A DNA stretch of 64,000 nucleotides from a candidate division WOR-3 bacterium (GTDB lineage: Bacteria; Hydrothermota; Hydrothermia; LBFQ01), in the NCBI GenBank assembly GCA_039802605.1, contig JBDRWW010000001.1, positions 160,001 to 224,000 on the forward strand, read 5' to 3'. How positions within the stretch are numbered: position 1 is the first letter of the stretch; each line of letters begins with the position of its first letter. Shown piece after piece: positions 50,421 to 59,099 of the stretch. The translations under genes were made by a program, and so were the position numbers. The notes under the pieces were generated by a model. That model was not told the DNA's origin and ran no database searches. It saw only the letters and a list, made by a program, of their open reading frames with translations.

Positions 50421-50535
50421 GGGATCGCCGGCATGATGGCGGCAAAAAGAACGGGCGAAATAATAACATACCCTTACTTTGGTAAAGGCCATACACCAAA
50501 CGGGTGTGGAGATGGGGGCGTTGTTAACCGTATAA
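50421..50535 (+). pseudogene. moaC: MoaC remnant
   Basis: GIAGMMAAKRTGEII, then in another frame VKAIHQTGVEMGALL; these match MoaC motifs AGIMAAKRT and TGVEMEAL. Confidence 0.8.
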
Positions 50536-50539
50536 TAGT

Positions 50540-50907
50540 ATTGTTCCGACAACCTTGGGTTTCAAAAGTTTAAACCCCTATTTGAGGTTTATTATATCGG
50601 CTTTTGTGGGTGGGGGTTTGGGATTCTTGGCGGGAATCATAGGGATAGGAGGGGGAATATTTTTAAGCCCGGTATTGATATTTTTCGGATTTGATCCCAA
50701 AACTACCTTATAAACTCCGCAAGCGGGCTCATAGCCCGTTTGGGTTTCGTGGATATAGATTGGAAATTTACGGTTTTAAGCGTTATATCCGTATTCATAG
50801 GGGGTTTTGCCGGCTCATATCTCGGATCTTATAGGTTTCAAAGTAATACGCTTAGAACTCTCCTCGGTTTGGTTCTTGTAGTTGCCGGTATTAAACTCCT
50901 ACTCTAA
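50540..50907 (+). pseudogene. TauE/SafE (TSUP) permease remnant
   Basis: GGGLGFLAGIIGIGGGIFLSPVL ends in a stop at about 50713; a frameshifted piece NSASGLIAR...GGFAGSYLG...LLGLVLVVAGIKLLL follows; N-terminal half is missing. Confidence 0.8.
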
Positions 50908-52491
50908 TACCAAAACCCTTTTAACCCCGTTAGAACCTTTATAGAAATAAATCCCCTTATTTTCCGGTTTTGAAACCCTCCTACCATCAACCGTATACAG
51001 AAAACCGTTTTCCTTTATTATAAATCTCTCTTTCTCCATAACGATTGTGGAAGGTTCTTTAAAGCCTATATTTGCTATCCAAGTAGTCCATAAAGAATCC
51101 GTTCCCGCCTTCGGCAATTCCGCTATAACCCATAATGAGGAATCAACGGGATCAGGAGAACCCCCAAAATAATCCCCCCACCTGTTTCTACCGGAACCGT
51201 GGTCGTTAAAGTACCAACTTAAACCCGCTTTATACACATTGTAAGGGGAAAATAGTGTATCATAACTCACCCTTGCTATGTATGTGGCGGATGGATAGTT
51301 CGTACCGGATATGCCAACCCTCGTGAAGCTTATGGCAACACCCTTAGGCGATACGCTCACAGCCGGGTATATCCAACTTATCCCGTTCTCGTATAACCTC
51401 CTATCCTCCAAAACCACACCCGTTGTATCAACCACGACAAACCTAACGGATACCAACGAGGAATTAAGGGGGTGCGCTTCGTTAAATGCGTAGTAAATCT
51501 TTCCGTTTAGATAATAAACCTGAAAGGTTGCGAGTACAACTTCAAGGTTCGGATAACCCCCTCCCTGGGGGGCATCAGGAGGGGTGGAATATGGGGAGAT
51601 CGACAGGGTTATGCATGGTGAGAGTTGGGGCGATGAAACAGGCCCGTAGATTTTATACATCCTGTTAAACCTTATCAGATAAACGGCATCGGAATAATCA
51701 TAAGTACTCCTTGAAACCCTCGGCCAAGAGGGCATACAACCCAACTCCGAATCAACAAAATCCTCCCAAGATGATAGGGTACCATTATATGCGTCGGCTT
51801 TATTTAAAACCCTAACCTTTGGGTAATACGCATAGGATGAAAAACCTATCTGTTGTGAGGATATTACTATCCACTTATCGTTAAAACCCAATTCCGGATA
51901 ATCCGCCCAGTTGTTTGTTAAGGTGTTATCATCGTATTTGGCGTTTAGTCGGTAAAAGTACCATCCCCCTAAGGGGTTATCCCCCTCCGAAACGGCCAAC
52001 AGGTAATGGGATTCCCTGCTTGAAGAGTTGTAATACAAGGCCAAAACTATCCACCTTCCGGAAATTATGTCGTAAGCTATCTTAGGGTCAAAGGGCAAAC
52101 CCCCGGAGGGTATTACGGATGAAAAAAACCCGCGAAGAGTATTGATATATTCCGTAATCCCGGTAAATTTGTTTATAAATGCGATACTCGTATTAACCAC
52201 CACACCCACATGTGTGCTACAAGCGGCGAGTTGTGGATCCGGTGGTATCCAACCCGTATAGAAAATGCCTTCAAAATCCCTTATAAGGGTATCGGATGGG
52301 TAGGGGAGAAAGTCGGGATAAGGCCCCGTTTTATTTCCAAGGGGAACTTCTGCGGATTTTTCCCAAACATTTACATTCCTAAATTCCATAACCTCCTCCG
52401 GTGTTATCGGTATGTACTCCTTTGGGGGATTTGGCATATACGCCGTTTTTATTAAAACCGTATCAATTGCCAATATAAATAATCCCATCAT
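50899..52491 (-). CDS. Hypothetical secreted protein with T9SS-like tail
   Basis: PPDPQLA, FDPKIAYD...RW, WADYPELG, NRWGDY; tail LYTVDGRRV...KGIYFYK. Confidence 0.8.
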   Translation of the reverse strand: MMGLFILAIDTVLIKTAYMPNPPKEYIPITPEEVMEFRNVNVWEKSAEVPLGNKTGPYPDFLPYPSDTLIRDFEGIFYTGWIPPDPQLAACSTHVGVVVNTSIAFINKFTGITEYINTLRGFFSSVIPSGGLPFDPKIAYDIISGRWIVLALYYNSSSRESHYLLAVSEGDNPLGGWYFYRLNAKYDDNTLTNNWADYPELGFNDKWIVISSQQIGFSSYAYYPKVRVLNKADAYNGTLSSWEDFVDSELGCMPSWPRVSRSTYDYSDAVYLIRFNRMYKIYGPVSSPQLSPCITLSISPYSTPPDAPQGGGYPNLEVVLATFQVYYLNGKIYYAFNEAHPLNSSLVSVRFVVVDTTGVVLEDRRLYENGISWIYPAVSVSPKGVAISFTRVGISGTNYPSATYIARVSYDTLFSPYNVYKAGLSWYFNDHGSGRNRWGDYFGGSPDPVDSSLWVIAELPKAGTDSLWTTWIANIGFKEPSTIVMEKERFIIKENGFLYTVDGRRVSKPENKGIYFYKGSNGVKRVLVLE

Positions 52492-52501
52492 CCCATTTAT
52501 T

Positions 52502-53119
52502 CTAAGGGAGGGAGATCCTATAAATGGATACCCGGGTTTTGTATATGTCCCTTTTGTGAAAACCCATAGAACGCCTTATTTTAAAGACAACATCCCCCTT
52601 CCTTTCAAAGGAAAAACCGTAAATTTTAGACAGCTTATCCAGAAACGGGTCACTGTTTGCCCCCAAAAGTGTCCAAACAACCTTTGCGCCCCTTATGGCG
52701 CATTCAATGAACTCTCTATCCGCCCCCTTTCTCTGCATACCAAAAGGGGGATTCATAATAACGGTATCACACTTAAAGTTAAACACCCTAACATCGGCGT
52801 TAATAAAATACACCGGTAATTTCCCATAAATTTCATCGGCCAGTAAAAGGTTCCTTTTTGCAACCTTTAACGCTTCAAGGTCAATATCAACACCTACGAC
52901 AAACTTTGCACCCAATATGGCGGCCCCTATACTCAAAACACCCGTCCCGCACCCAAGATCAAAAACGACCTTACCCTTTATATCCTTATAAGCCATATTC
53001 AGAAATTTCGCCGCTATTTCCGGAGGGGTTGGGTATTGTTCCAAGCGGGGTTTCGGATTTATAAAGGTTGCAAGGGTTTGTAAGAATATTTCATCCTGTT
53101 TCCTTAACATACCCTTCAA
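52502..53119 (-). CDS. METTL5/COG2263-like N6-adenine RNA methyltransferase
   Basis: PKPRLEQYPTP..IAA, DLGCGTGVL, VDID, IMNPPFG, AD..F. Confidence 0.9.
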   Translation of the reverse strand: MKGMLRKQDEIFLQTLATFINPKPRLEQYPTPPEIAAKFLNMAYKDIKGKVVFDLGCGTGVLSIGAAILGAKFVVGVDIDLEALKVAKRNLLLADEIYGKLPVYFINADVRVFNFKCDTVIMNPPFGMQRKGADREFIECAIRGAKVVWTLLGANSDPFLDKLSKIYGFSFERKGDVVFKIRRSMGFHKRDIYKTRVSIYRISLP

Positions 53120-54291
53120 GTCTTTTTATAATTCCGTAGAAACACGATAATTAGGATGAATGTGGAATAGAGAATAACGGTCCATAAAGGGATTTTGAAT
53201 TCAAGGGCTGGCAATCGTAGGTTATAAGCAAGCACAACCAAACCGTAAAGTGTATTGAAGAGAAGTTCCGCCGATTTGTCAAAGGGGTAGCCCACGAACA
53301 TTGCCAGTATTTGGGAATACATAAACAAGGTCATTATGGGAATAACCAAAAGGTTTAAAGGAGCATAAATTATTGGGGATTTCCCAAAGAAATAAAGGGA
53401 AAAGGGTGTTGAGAATATTAAGGCGCCGAAAACGGATGTTATGGTGTTTTTTGGTAATAAAATAAACCCGAGAATTGCGGAAAATGATAACCAAAAGGAT
53501 GGGGAGAATATCCAAATGGGTTCCCATAGAAGGCATAAGGCAAAGGCCAACATAAACACATTTAAGGGCTTTACGGGCCTTGATATAATCTTTGATACTG
53601 CATAAAGGGTTAGCATTAGAGACGCCCGGAAAACGGAAGGGATAAGGCCCACAAAAAACGCATAAACCCAAACGAATAGGGATGAAAGAACATAAGACCA
53701 AACCCCAAGCCTTAGAAACCTGAGAATATGCAAAATCGCCAAGAATATTATACCTACATGCAATCCGGAGATCGCAAGGATATGCCCAACACCCGTATCG
53801 TAAAACATAGTTTTTGTTTTATAATCCAATTCCCTAACACCGGTTATAACCGATTTTGCAAACAAATACTGCCTTTCAGAACCGGTTGATTTTATAAGTA
53901 ATTTATCAACGATATCAACAAATGGCCGAAAGGAGGAGAATTTGTAATATTCGGAAACATAGAGGGTATCTTTTGAAAAATTTCCTTTAACCAAAATATT
54001 TCCAACGGGATAAGCCAACTTATCACCAAACAAAACGGTTTTAAACCCTTCGCCTACAACAAACCCCTTACCGATATCATAAACTTGAACCTCGTAAAAA
54101 TCACTCCCCTTTGGTATAAGCCTCTCCCAAACCCTTATGTATCCCAAGAGGAAGCAAAGTATAATTCCAAGAACCTCTAGGGGCTTTCTTAGAAACAATG
54201 GCAATAAAACAAAGGGTAAAAGGGCGAAGCCCGTAAATTTAAAAGATATGCCCAAAAATACAAAAAACGAGCATAAGGAGGGATAGTACAA
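53116..54291 (-). CDS. comEC: ComEC/Rec2 competence membrane protein (no beta-lactamase domain)
   Basis: TGVGHILAISGLHVG, PSVFRA, SFWLSF, N..VIP; TTG 54291 inferred from TATAAT 6 nt upstream. Confidence 0.92.
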   Translation of the reverse strand: MYYPSLCSFFVFLGISFKFTGFALLPFVLLPLFLRKPLEVLGIILCFLLGYIRVWERLIPKGSDFYEVQVYDIGKGFVVGEGFKTVLFGDKLAYPVGNILVKGNFSKDTLYVSEYYKFSSFRPFVDIVDKLLIKSTGSERQYLFAKSVITGVRELDYKTKTMFYDTGVGHILAISGLHVGIIFLAILHILRFLRLGVWSYVLSSLFVWVYAFFVGLIPSVFRASLMLTLYAVSKIISRPVKPLNVFMLAFALCLLWEPIWIFSPSFWLSFSAILGFILLPKNTITSVFGALIFSTPFSLYFFGKSPIIYAPLNLLVIPIMTLFMYSQILAMFVGYPFDKSAELLFNTLYGLVVLAYNLRLPALEFKIPLWTVILYSTFILIIVFLRNYKKT

Positions 54292-54344
54292 GAAAAAATT
54301 ATATGTTGGTTTGGAAAATTTCACCGACCATAGAATAAACAACT

Positions 54345-54629
54345 ATGGAGATTTTGTTGAATGCGCTTGTTGTGGTTTCAATTTTGAGTTTAATATCCAT
54401 CACGGTGGCGATATGGTATTTGGTATTGAAGATTACAAAAACCCTTGAAAGCATAGACAAGAACATAGAAAAGATGGCGGACGATATGGAGAGGATTTTG
54501 AAGAATGCCGATAGCATAACGGAAAAAATTGACAACATCTTAACCCCCATTGAAAGGATAACAAAGATTACACCGATTTTGAGTTTAATTGTTAGGTTTT
54601 TCCCCTTTTTCAAAAAGGGTAAAAAATAA
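54345..54629 (+). CDS. Small TM + coiled-coil protein (DUF948-like)
   Basis: N-terminal TM then heptad repeats; TAGAAT 8 nt upstream. Confidence 0.7.
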   Translation: MEILLNALVVVSILSLISITVAIWYLVLKITKTLESIDKNIEKMADDMERILKNADSITEKIDNILTPIERITKITPILSLIVRFFPFFKKGKK

Positions 54630-54649
54630 CGGCCTTATAATACCACCTT

Positions 54650-56305
54650 ATGAAAAGGTGTATATTTGTTTTACCGCTGTTGGCAGGCCCCTTAGGGGCA
54701 CAACTCTTCTACGCGTATCCCCAGACGGTATTCGGTCTCAGAGGGGTGTATTCCTTCCGCTTCATGCACACGGCTTTCCTGTTTGAGGACGACTTGGATA
54801 GGCTGTTCTACCCCGTTAAACTCTCGGAAATAGAGGGTGGTAGGTTCTTCTCCGCGTTGTCCAACCCCTTCGGGAACGAAAGGGCGCTTGACCCCACGGC
54901 CCCTACAAACAACCAGTTAATCTTAGGAGCAAAGACAAATGTTTTCCTAAACCTTTCTCCTTTGTATATGCAAACGGATCTAAACTTTGGAGTTTCTTCC
55001 AAATTGGACACGGTTTATTATCAAAATTGGAGTAATCCGGATAACAAGTACGCGGATAGGATAGAATTAAAGGATACCGTGTTCCAAGGTAGAGGATACG
55101 GCGAAAAGGGTTTCCTATTATCCCTAGGAAATCAAACCTTTGGCTTCCTGTTCCTCTATTCAAGCATGAATATTAAGGTTTATCCACAAAGAACGGGGGT
55201 TTTCCCATTCTCTTATGGAAATTACGCGTATGTGCGTAAAGAATACGATAACATAAACAACACCTTACAATCCTCAGATTCCGCGGTATCTTACAGAACC
55301 GTTGATACAAGTATAACACCCGTTTTGTTTGGGGTATCGCTTGGTTTCGGAGGGTTTTCCGGAATGGTTTTTGGCGGTTTTATGGGCGCAGGCGATAGGG
55401 ATACGGCAAATAGGTATGCGGAGAGAAACACAAATCCGGCAAGTCCGTTTACCGGTCAGAAATGGAATGGTGTTTTAACCGCTAACGGTAGAGCCTCAGG
55501 GCCCATATTCGGATTGCAGGGGGATTTGGCCTTCGGTTCCGAAACCTGGAAGTCCAACCTGATGTTTGCCTATGCCCTTAGATACCTTTCAAACGGAAAA
55601 GGTAAATCAAACGAGGTGAACTGGTGGGGAATATATAACGCCACTCAATACCCCACTTTTAGCACACTCGATTCTACTATCGGCGAGTACAAATATTCTT
55701 CAAATACACACGATATAACCATATATCTGAGGAATAAATATCCGGTTCACGAGCAGGTTTTGTTCGGTGCCGGATTGGCCTTAGAAATGGTGTTTGGGGG
55801 AATGAGTAGGGATTACACAAATGTTTTAAACAAAAGGATAACCTTTAACGATACCGATGGGGACGGTCTCGTTGATGCCCCCGGAGATGTTAGAACAACC
55901 AATTATACCAAATATTCTTATAAGGAGAATGTATCAACCACATCTTTTAACTACCACATACCCGTTGGCTTTGAAGTTGTACCCATAGCGAGTTGGGAGG
56001 ATGTTAAGTTAAGGCTTGGGGCACTGTATTCCCATACATCAACTACAACGACTACAAAAACCTATAATTGGAGCGTGGAGAGTAAAACTAAAACCGAAAC
56101 ATCGGGGGGAACAACGGAAACCCCAAACGATATAACCGTACCTGGTGAGAACATATCCAAGACAAAAACCTCCATATCAAACACCGCTTTCTATTACGGC
56201 GCATCCGTGGCGATAGCAAAGAGGGTTGTTATAGACTTTACCGGCTTTGGAAACGGGATATTAACACCGGCTTTTTGGAACATATCCGTTGTACTAAGGT
56301 ATTAA
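54650..56305 (+). CDS. Putative outer-membrane beta-barrel protein
   Basis: Canonical signal peptide, amphipathic strands (IPVGFEV, LRLGA, FYYGASV), C-terminal WNISVVLRY. Confidence 0.7.
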   Translation: MKRCIFVLPLLAGPLGAQLFYAYPQTVFGLRGVYSFRFMHTAFLFEDDLDRLFYPVKLSEIEGGRFFSALSNPFGNERALDPTAPTNNQLILGAKTNVFLNLSPLYMQTDLNFGVSSKLDTVYYQNWSNPDNKYADRIELKDTVFQGRGYGEKGFLLSLGNQTFGFLFLYSSMNIKVYPQRTGVFPFSYGNYAYVRKEYDNINNTLQSSDSAVSYRTVDTSITPVLFGVSLGFGGFSGMVFGGFMGAGDRDTANRYAERNTNPASPFTGQKWNGVLTANGRASGPIFGLQGDLAFGSETWKSNLMFAYALRYLSNGKGKSNEVNWWGIYNATQYPTFSTLDSTIGEYKYSSNTHDITIYLRNKYPVHEQVLFGAGLALEMVFGGMSRDYTNVLNKRITFNDTDGDGLVDAPGDVRTTNYTKYSYKENVSTTSFNYHIPVGFEVVPIASWEDVKLRLGALYSHTSTTTTTKTYNWSVESKTKTETSGGTTETPNDITVPGENISKTKTSISNTAFYYGASVAIAKRVVIDFTGFGNGILTPAFWNISVVLRY

Positions 56306-56334
56306 ACATTTCACCTTTATAATACAAGGTTAGC

Positions 56335-56425
56335 GGAGAGGTGGCCGAGCGGTCTAAGGCGGCGGCTTGCTAAGCCGTTGGGGAGGGTAATACCTCCCCC
56401 GTGGGTTCAAATCCCACCCTCTCCG
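56335..56425 (+). tRNA. tRNA-Ser(GCT), CCA not encoded
   Basis: GGAGAGG acceptor stem pairing with CCTCTCC, D-loop GGTCTAAGGC, anticodon arm GCGGC-TT-GCT-AA-GCCGT, long variable arm, GGTTCAAATCC; TATAAT at 56318. Confidence 0.97.
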
Positions 56426-56437
56426 CTTTTTTGGGTT

Positions 56438-56707
56438 ATGGAACTTTATGAAATCTACATAGAGGTTTTTAGTACAGAGGTTATACCTTTGAGCGAATTC
56501 CTTTTGGATGTAAAAAAGGGGAAATATGGGAATTTTTCGGAAGAGGATATAAGGGCTTTTAGGTATCGGTTGGAAAACAACATTCAGGAAAGCGCGTACT
56601 TGAAGGGCGAGGAATTATCCCTAAGCGACATAGATATTGAAAGTGTTATTGAAGAAAACATAGAGGAGATTAGAAAAACCTTTTTGGAGGTCTTCGGTTG
56701 GTTGTAG
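56438..56707 (+). CDS. Acidic hypothetical protein
   Basis: ATG 56438 just after the tRNA; the ORF-track start lies inside the tRNA; overlaps the uppP start. Confidence 0.6.
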   Translation: MELYEIYIEVFSTEVIPLSEFLLDVKKGKYGNFSEEDIRAFRYRLENNIQESAYLKGEELSLSDIDIESVIEENIEEIRKTFLEVFGWL

Positions 56708-57450
56708 AAAAGATAATATTGGGTATTGTTCAAGGCATTACCGAGTTTTTACCCGTTTCAAGTTCCGGGCATCTGGTTTTTTTAAAACACATTTTTGGAT
56801 TGGAATTTAAGGGGGCATTCTATGAAACGTTTTTACATACCGCCACATTTCTTTCCGTAGTATTTGTATTGCGGGATAAAATTTTTAACCCACAAAATTT
56901 TAGAAAATATTTTCCACTTTCGGTGGTGGCCACAATACCCCTAATTCCCACCGTTTTTATAATAAAACCCCTTGAAGATACGTTTAACAACCCAAAAATT
57001 TTAGCTTTTACATTTCTCATAACCGGTGTTTTCCTGTTTTTAACCCTATTTGCACCAGAGGGGAATGAAAAACCCAATTTAAAAAATTCAATAATTATGG
57101 GTATATTTCAAACAATGGCCTTGCTGCCGGGAATTTCCAGGTCGGGGATTACAATATCTTCGGGGATATTTTCAAAAATGGAACCCGAAGAGGCCTTCAA
57201 TCTATCCTTTTGGATATTTTTACCCGCATCCCTCGGCGCCTTTGTTCTGGAAAGCAGATACATAAAAGAAATAAGCCTTAATATTTACGATTTTATCGTA
57301 TGGATAATAACATTCCTCGTTGGCGTTATATCCCTTAAAATATTAAGGCGGGTTCTTCTGGGTAAATTCTTCTGGGTTTTTTCGGTTTATACCCTATTCC
57401 TTTCCATCCTATCCTTCCTAATTTTCAACCTTAGAATTATTACACCATGA
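56698..57450 (+). CDS. uppP: Undecaprenyl-diphosphatase
   Basis: GIVQGITEFLPVSSSGHL, ALLPGISRSG.TI. Confidence 0.96.
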   Translation: MVVEKIILGIVQGITEFLPVSSSGHLVFLKHIFGLEFKGAFYETFLHTATFLSVVFVLRDKIFNPQNFRKYFPLSVVATIPLIPTVFIIKPLEDTFNNPKILAFTFLITGVFLFLTLFAPEGNEKPNLKNSIIMGIFQTMALLPGISRSGITISSGIFSKMEPEEAFNLSFWIFLPASLGAFVLESRYIKEISLNIYDFIVWIITFLVGVISLKILRRVLLGKFFWVFSVYTLFLSILSFLIFNLRIITP

Positions 57451-57854
57451 AAAGGATTTTAGTGATATTGGCATTTGTTTTGCCTATCGTGGTATTTGCG
57501 GATAAGGGGCATAAAAAGGGGAAACCCGTTAAGGAGATAGAGGGAGTAATAAGCGGGGCGGTCTGCGGGGTTTATGGTATTGCGTGTAACCACCGGCCTG
57601 GGGAACGCGGATACGAGTTACTCGGATTGTTCAACGATAAAAGGGGATTCTTTTACTTGGCAAATGTTCCTCAGGATATTTTGGCAAAGATAAACAGGGA
57701 AGAGGTCTTAGTTGTGGGTGAGGTTTATAGGGAGAGGGCAACGATAATAGCCGAAAAAATTATAAAGGATGGGAATGTAGTGTGGCAAGCGGAGGTGAAG
57801 GAAGACAAAGCAAAGGAAGGGGAGGAAAAGGACAAAGGGAGTAAGAGTAAGTAA
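57447..57854 (+). CDS. Hypothetical exported protein
   Basis: Canonical signal MKRILVILAFVLPIVVFA; two Cys; charged tail. Confidence 0.65.
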   Translation: MKRILVILAFVLPIVVFADKGHKKGKPVKEIEGVISGAVCGVYGIACNHRPGERGYELLGLFNDKRGFFYLANVPQDILAKINREEVLVVGEVYRERATIIAEKIIKDGNVVWQAEVKEDKAKEGEEKDKGSKSK

Positions 57855-57857
57855 AAA

Positions 57858-58841
57858 CTAGGGAATTATAGCATACTTAAAGCCTTTGCCATTTTTGAGG
57901 TTTTCAAAGGCTTCACCAATATCTTCCAAAGGGTAGTATCCGCTTATGAGAAATTCAAAATTTTTGTGGTTTTTCAACAAAAAATTATAAGCCTTCCTAA
58001 CGCTTATCGGCGTATGGTGAAAGGAAGTTAATATTTGTATTTCGTTGTAATGCAAAGTGTGCGGATTTAATGTTATACTAGCATTCCTTTCCAAACCCGC
58101 AAACATTAGGAAATATCCCCCTTTATTTACGAACTCGAAAAACCTGTGTATAACATCCACGCTTGCGGTTGTATCTATTACGAGGTCAAATTTTCCGGAA
58201 AGTTTATCCGCTTTACATATCCCTACACCCGTGTGTTTTGCAAATAAATTAAGCTTTTCTTCACTCCTTCCACAAACAAGGACATCCTTATCGTAGGATC
58301 TTAGTACCAAAGAAAACATTGCGGAAATTGAACCGCTACCGAGGATTAAAACGCTTTCAAACCTATCAAAGGGCAACTTTTCAAGGGCTCTCATTACGCA
58401 TGAGAGGGGTTCAATAATGGGGGCTATATGGAAGGGCAAGTATTCCGGTTTTTTAAAGAGGTTTATCTTTACAACATTTTCCGGTATGAGTAGGTATTCG
58501 GCATATGCCCCCAAAACCATGTTTTTAAATAGGTTCTCACATAAGTTAAACCTATTTTTCACACATTGAGTGCACTTAAAACAAGGCGCCGTATTTACCC
58601 CAAAAACCTCATCTCCCACTTCAAAACCCACAACCCCCTCACCCACACTATGAACCACCCCGGAATATTCGTGCCCAAATGGTCCACGTCTTAATATCGG
58701 ATGTCCCCTTAAAACCGCTTTTAAATCCGTCCCATCCGTTAGGGCCGCCTTTACCTTTATAACCAACTCACCATAAGAGGGTTGTGGCTCCGGAACCTCC
58801 AAAACTTCTAAACCCTTATCCGTTAAATATGCGGCCTTCAA
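57858..58841 (-). CDS. Zn-dependent MDR dehydrogenase (sorbitol/threonine DH-like)
   Basis: GHEYSG, structural C..C..C.......C, IEPLSC, GSGSI. Confidence 0.9.
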   Translation of the reverse strand: MKAAYLTDKGLEVLEVPEPQPSYGELVIKVKAALTDGTDLKAVLRGHPILRRGPFGHEYSGVVHSVGEGVVGFEVGDEVFGVNTAPCFKCTQCVKNRFNLCENLFKNMVLGAYAEYLLIPENVVKINLFKKPEYLPFHIAPIIEPLSCVMRALEKLPFDRFESVLILGSGSISAMFSLVLRSYDKDVLVCGRSEEKLNLFAKHTGVGICKADKLSGKFDLVIDTTASVDVIHRFFEFVNKGGYFLMFAGLERNASITLNPHTLHYNEIQILTSFHHTPISVRKAYNFLLKNHKNFEFLISGYYPLEDIGEAFENLKNGKGFKYAIIP

Positions 58842-58880
58842 GCCGATATTCTAAATCCGACAACCTTAAAATATATTATT

Positions 58881-59078
58881 GTGCGTAGGGAATTGGTTTG
58901 GAGGGGTCTTGATAAAGTATATAGATATTTGGGTTATGTCCTATTAGGGGTTGAGTTCTTAACGGATAATTTGATAAAGATACATATACTAACGCCGAGA
59001 TGGACGATAAAGGAGTTAATAGCGATAGTGGAATTTAAGGGGGAATTTGCCTTTAAGGTAAAAATACTAAAACAATGA
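58881..59078 (+). CDS. Small hypothetical protein
   Basis: 65-aa ORF with CCT-TAAAAT 8 nt upstream of the GTG. Confidence 0.5.
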   Translation: MRRELVWRGLDKVYRYLGYVLLGVEFLTDNLIKIHILTPRWTIKELIAIVEFKGEFAFKVKILKQ

Positions 59079-59099
59079 TTCTGCCTTAGAATACTCTCT

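Noticed and set aside
56378..56437. N-terminal 20 aa of the 109-aa ORF
   Set aside because: It lies mostly within tRNA-Ser; the real start is likely ATG 56438.
56305..56460. Integrated element at tRNA-Ser
   Set aside because: No integrase and no duplicated tRNA 3' end were seen in the window.
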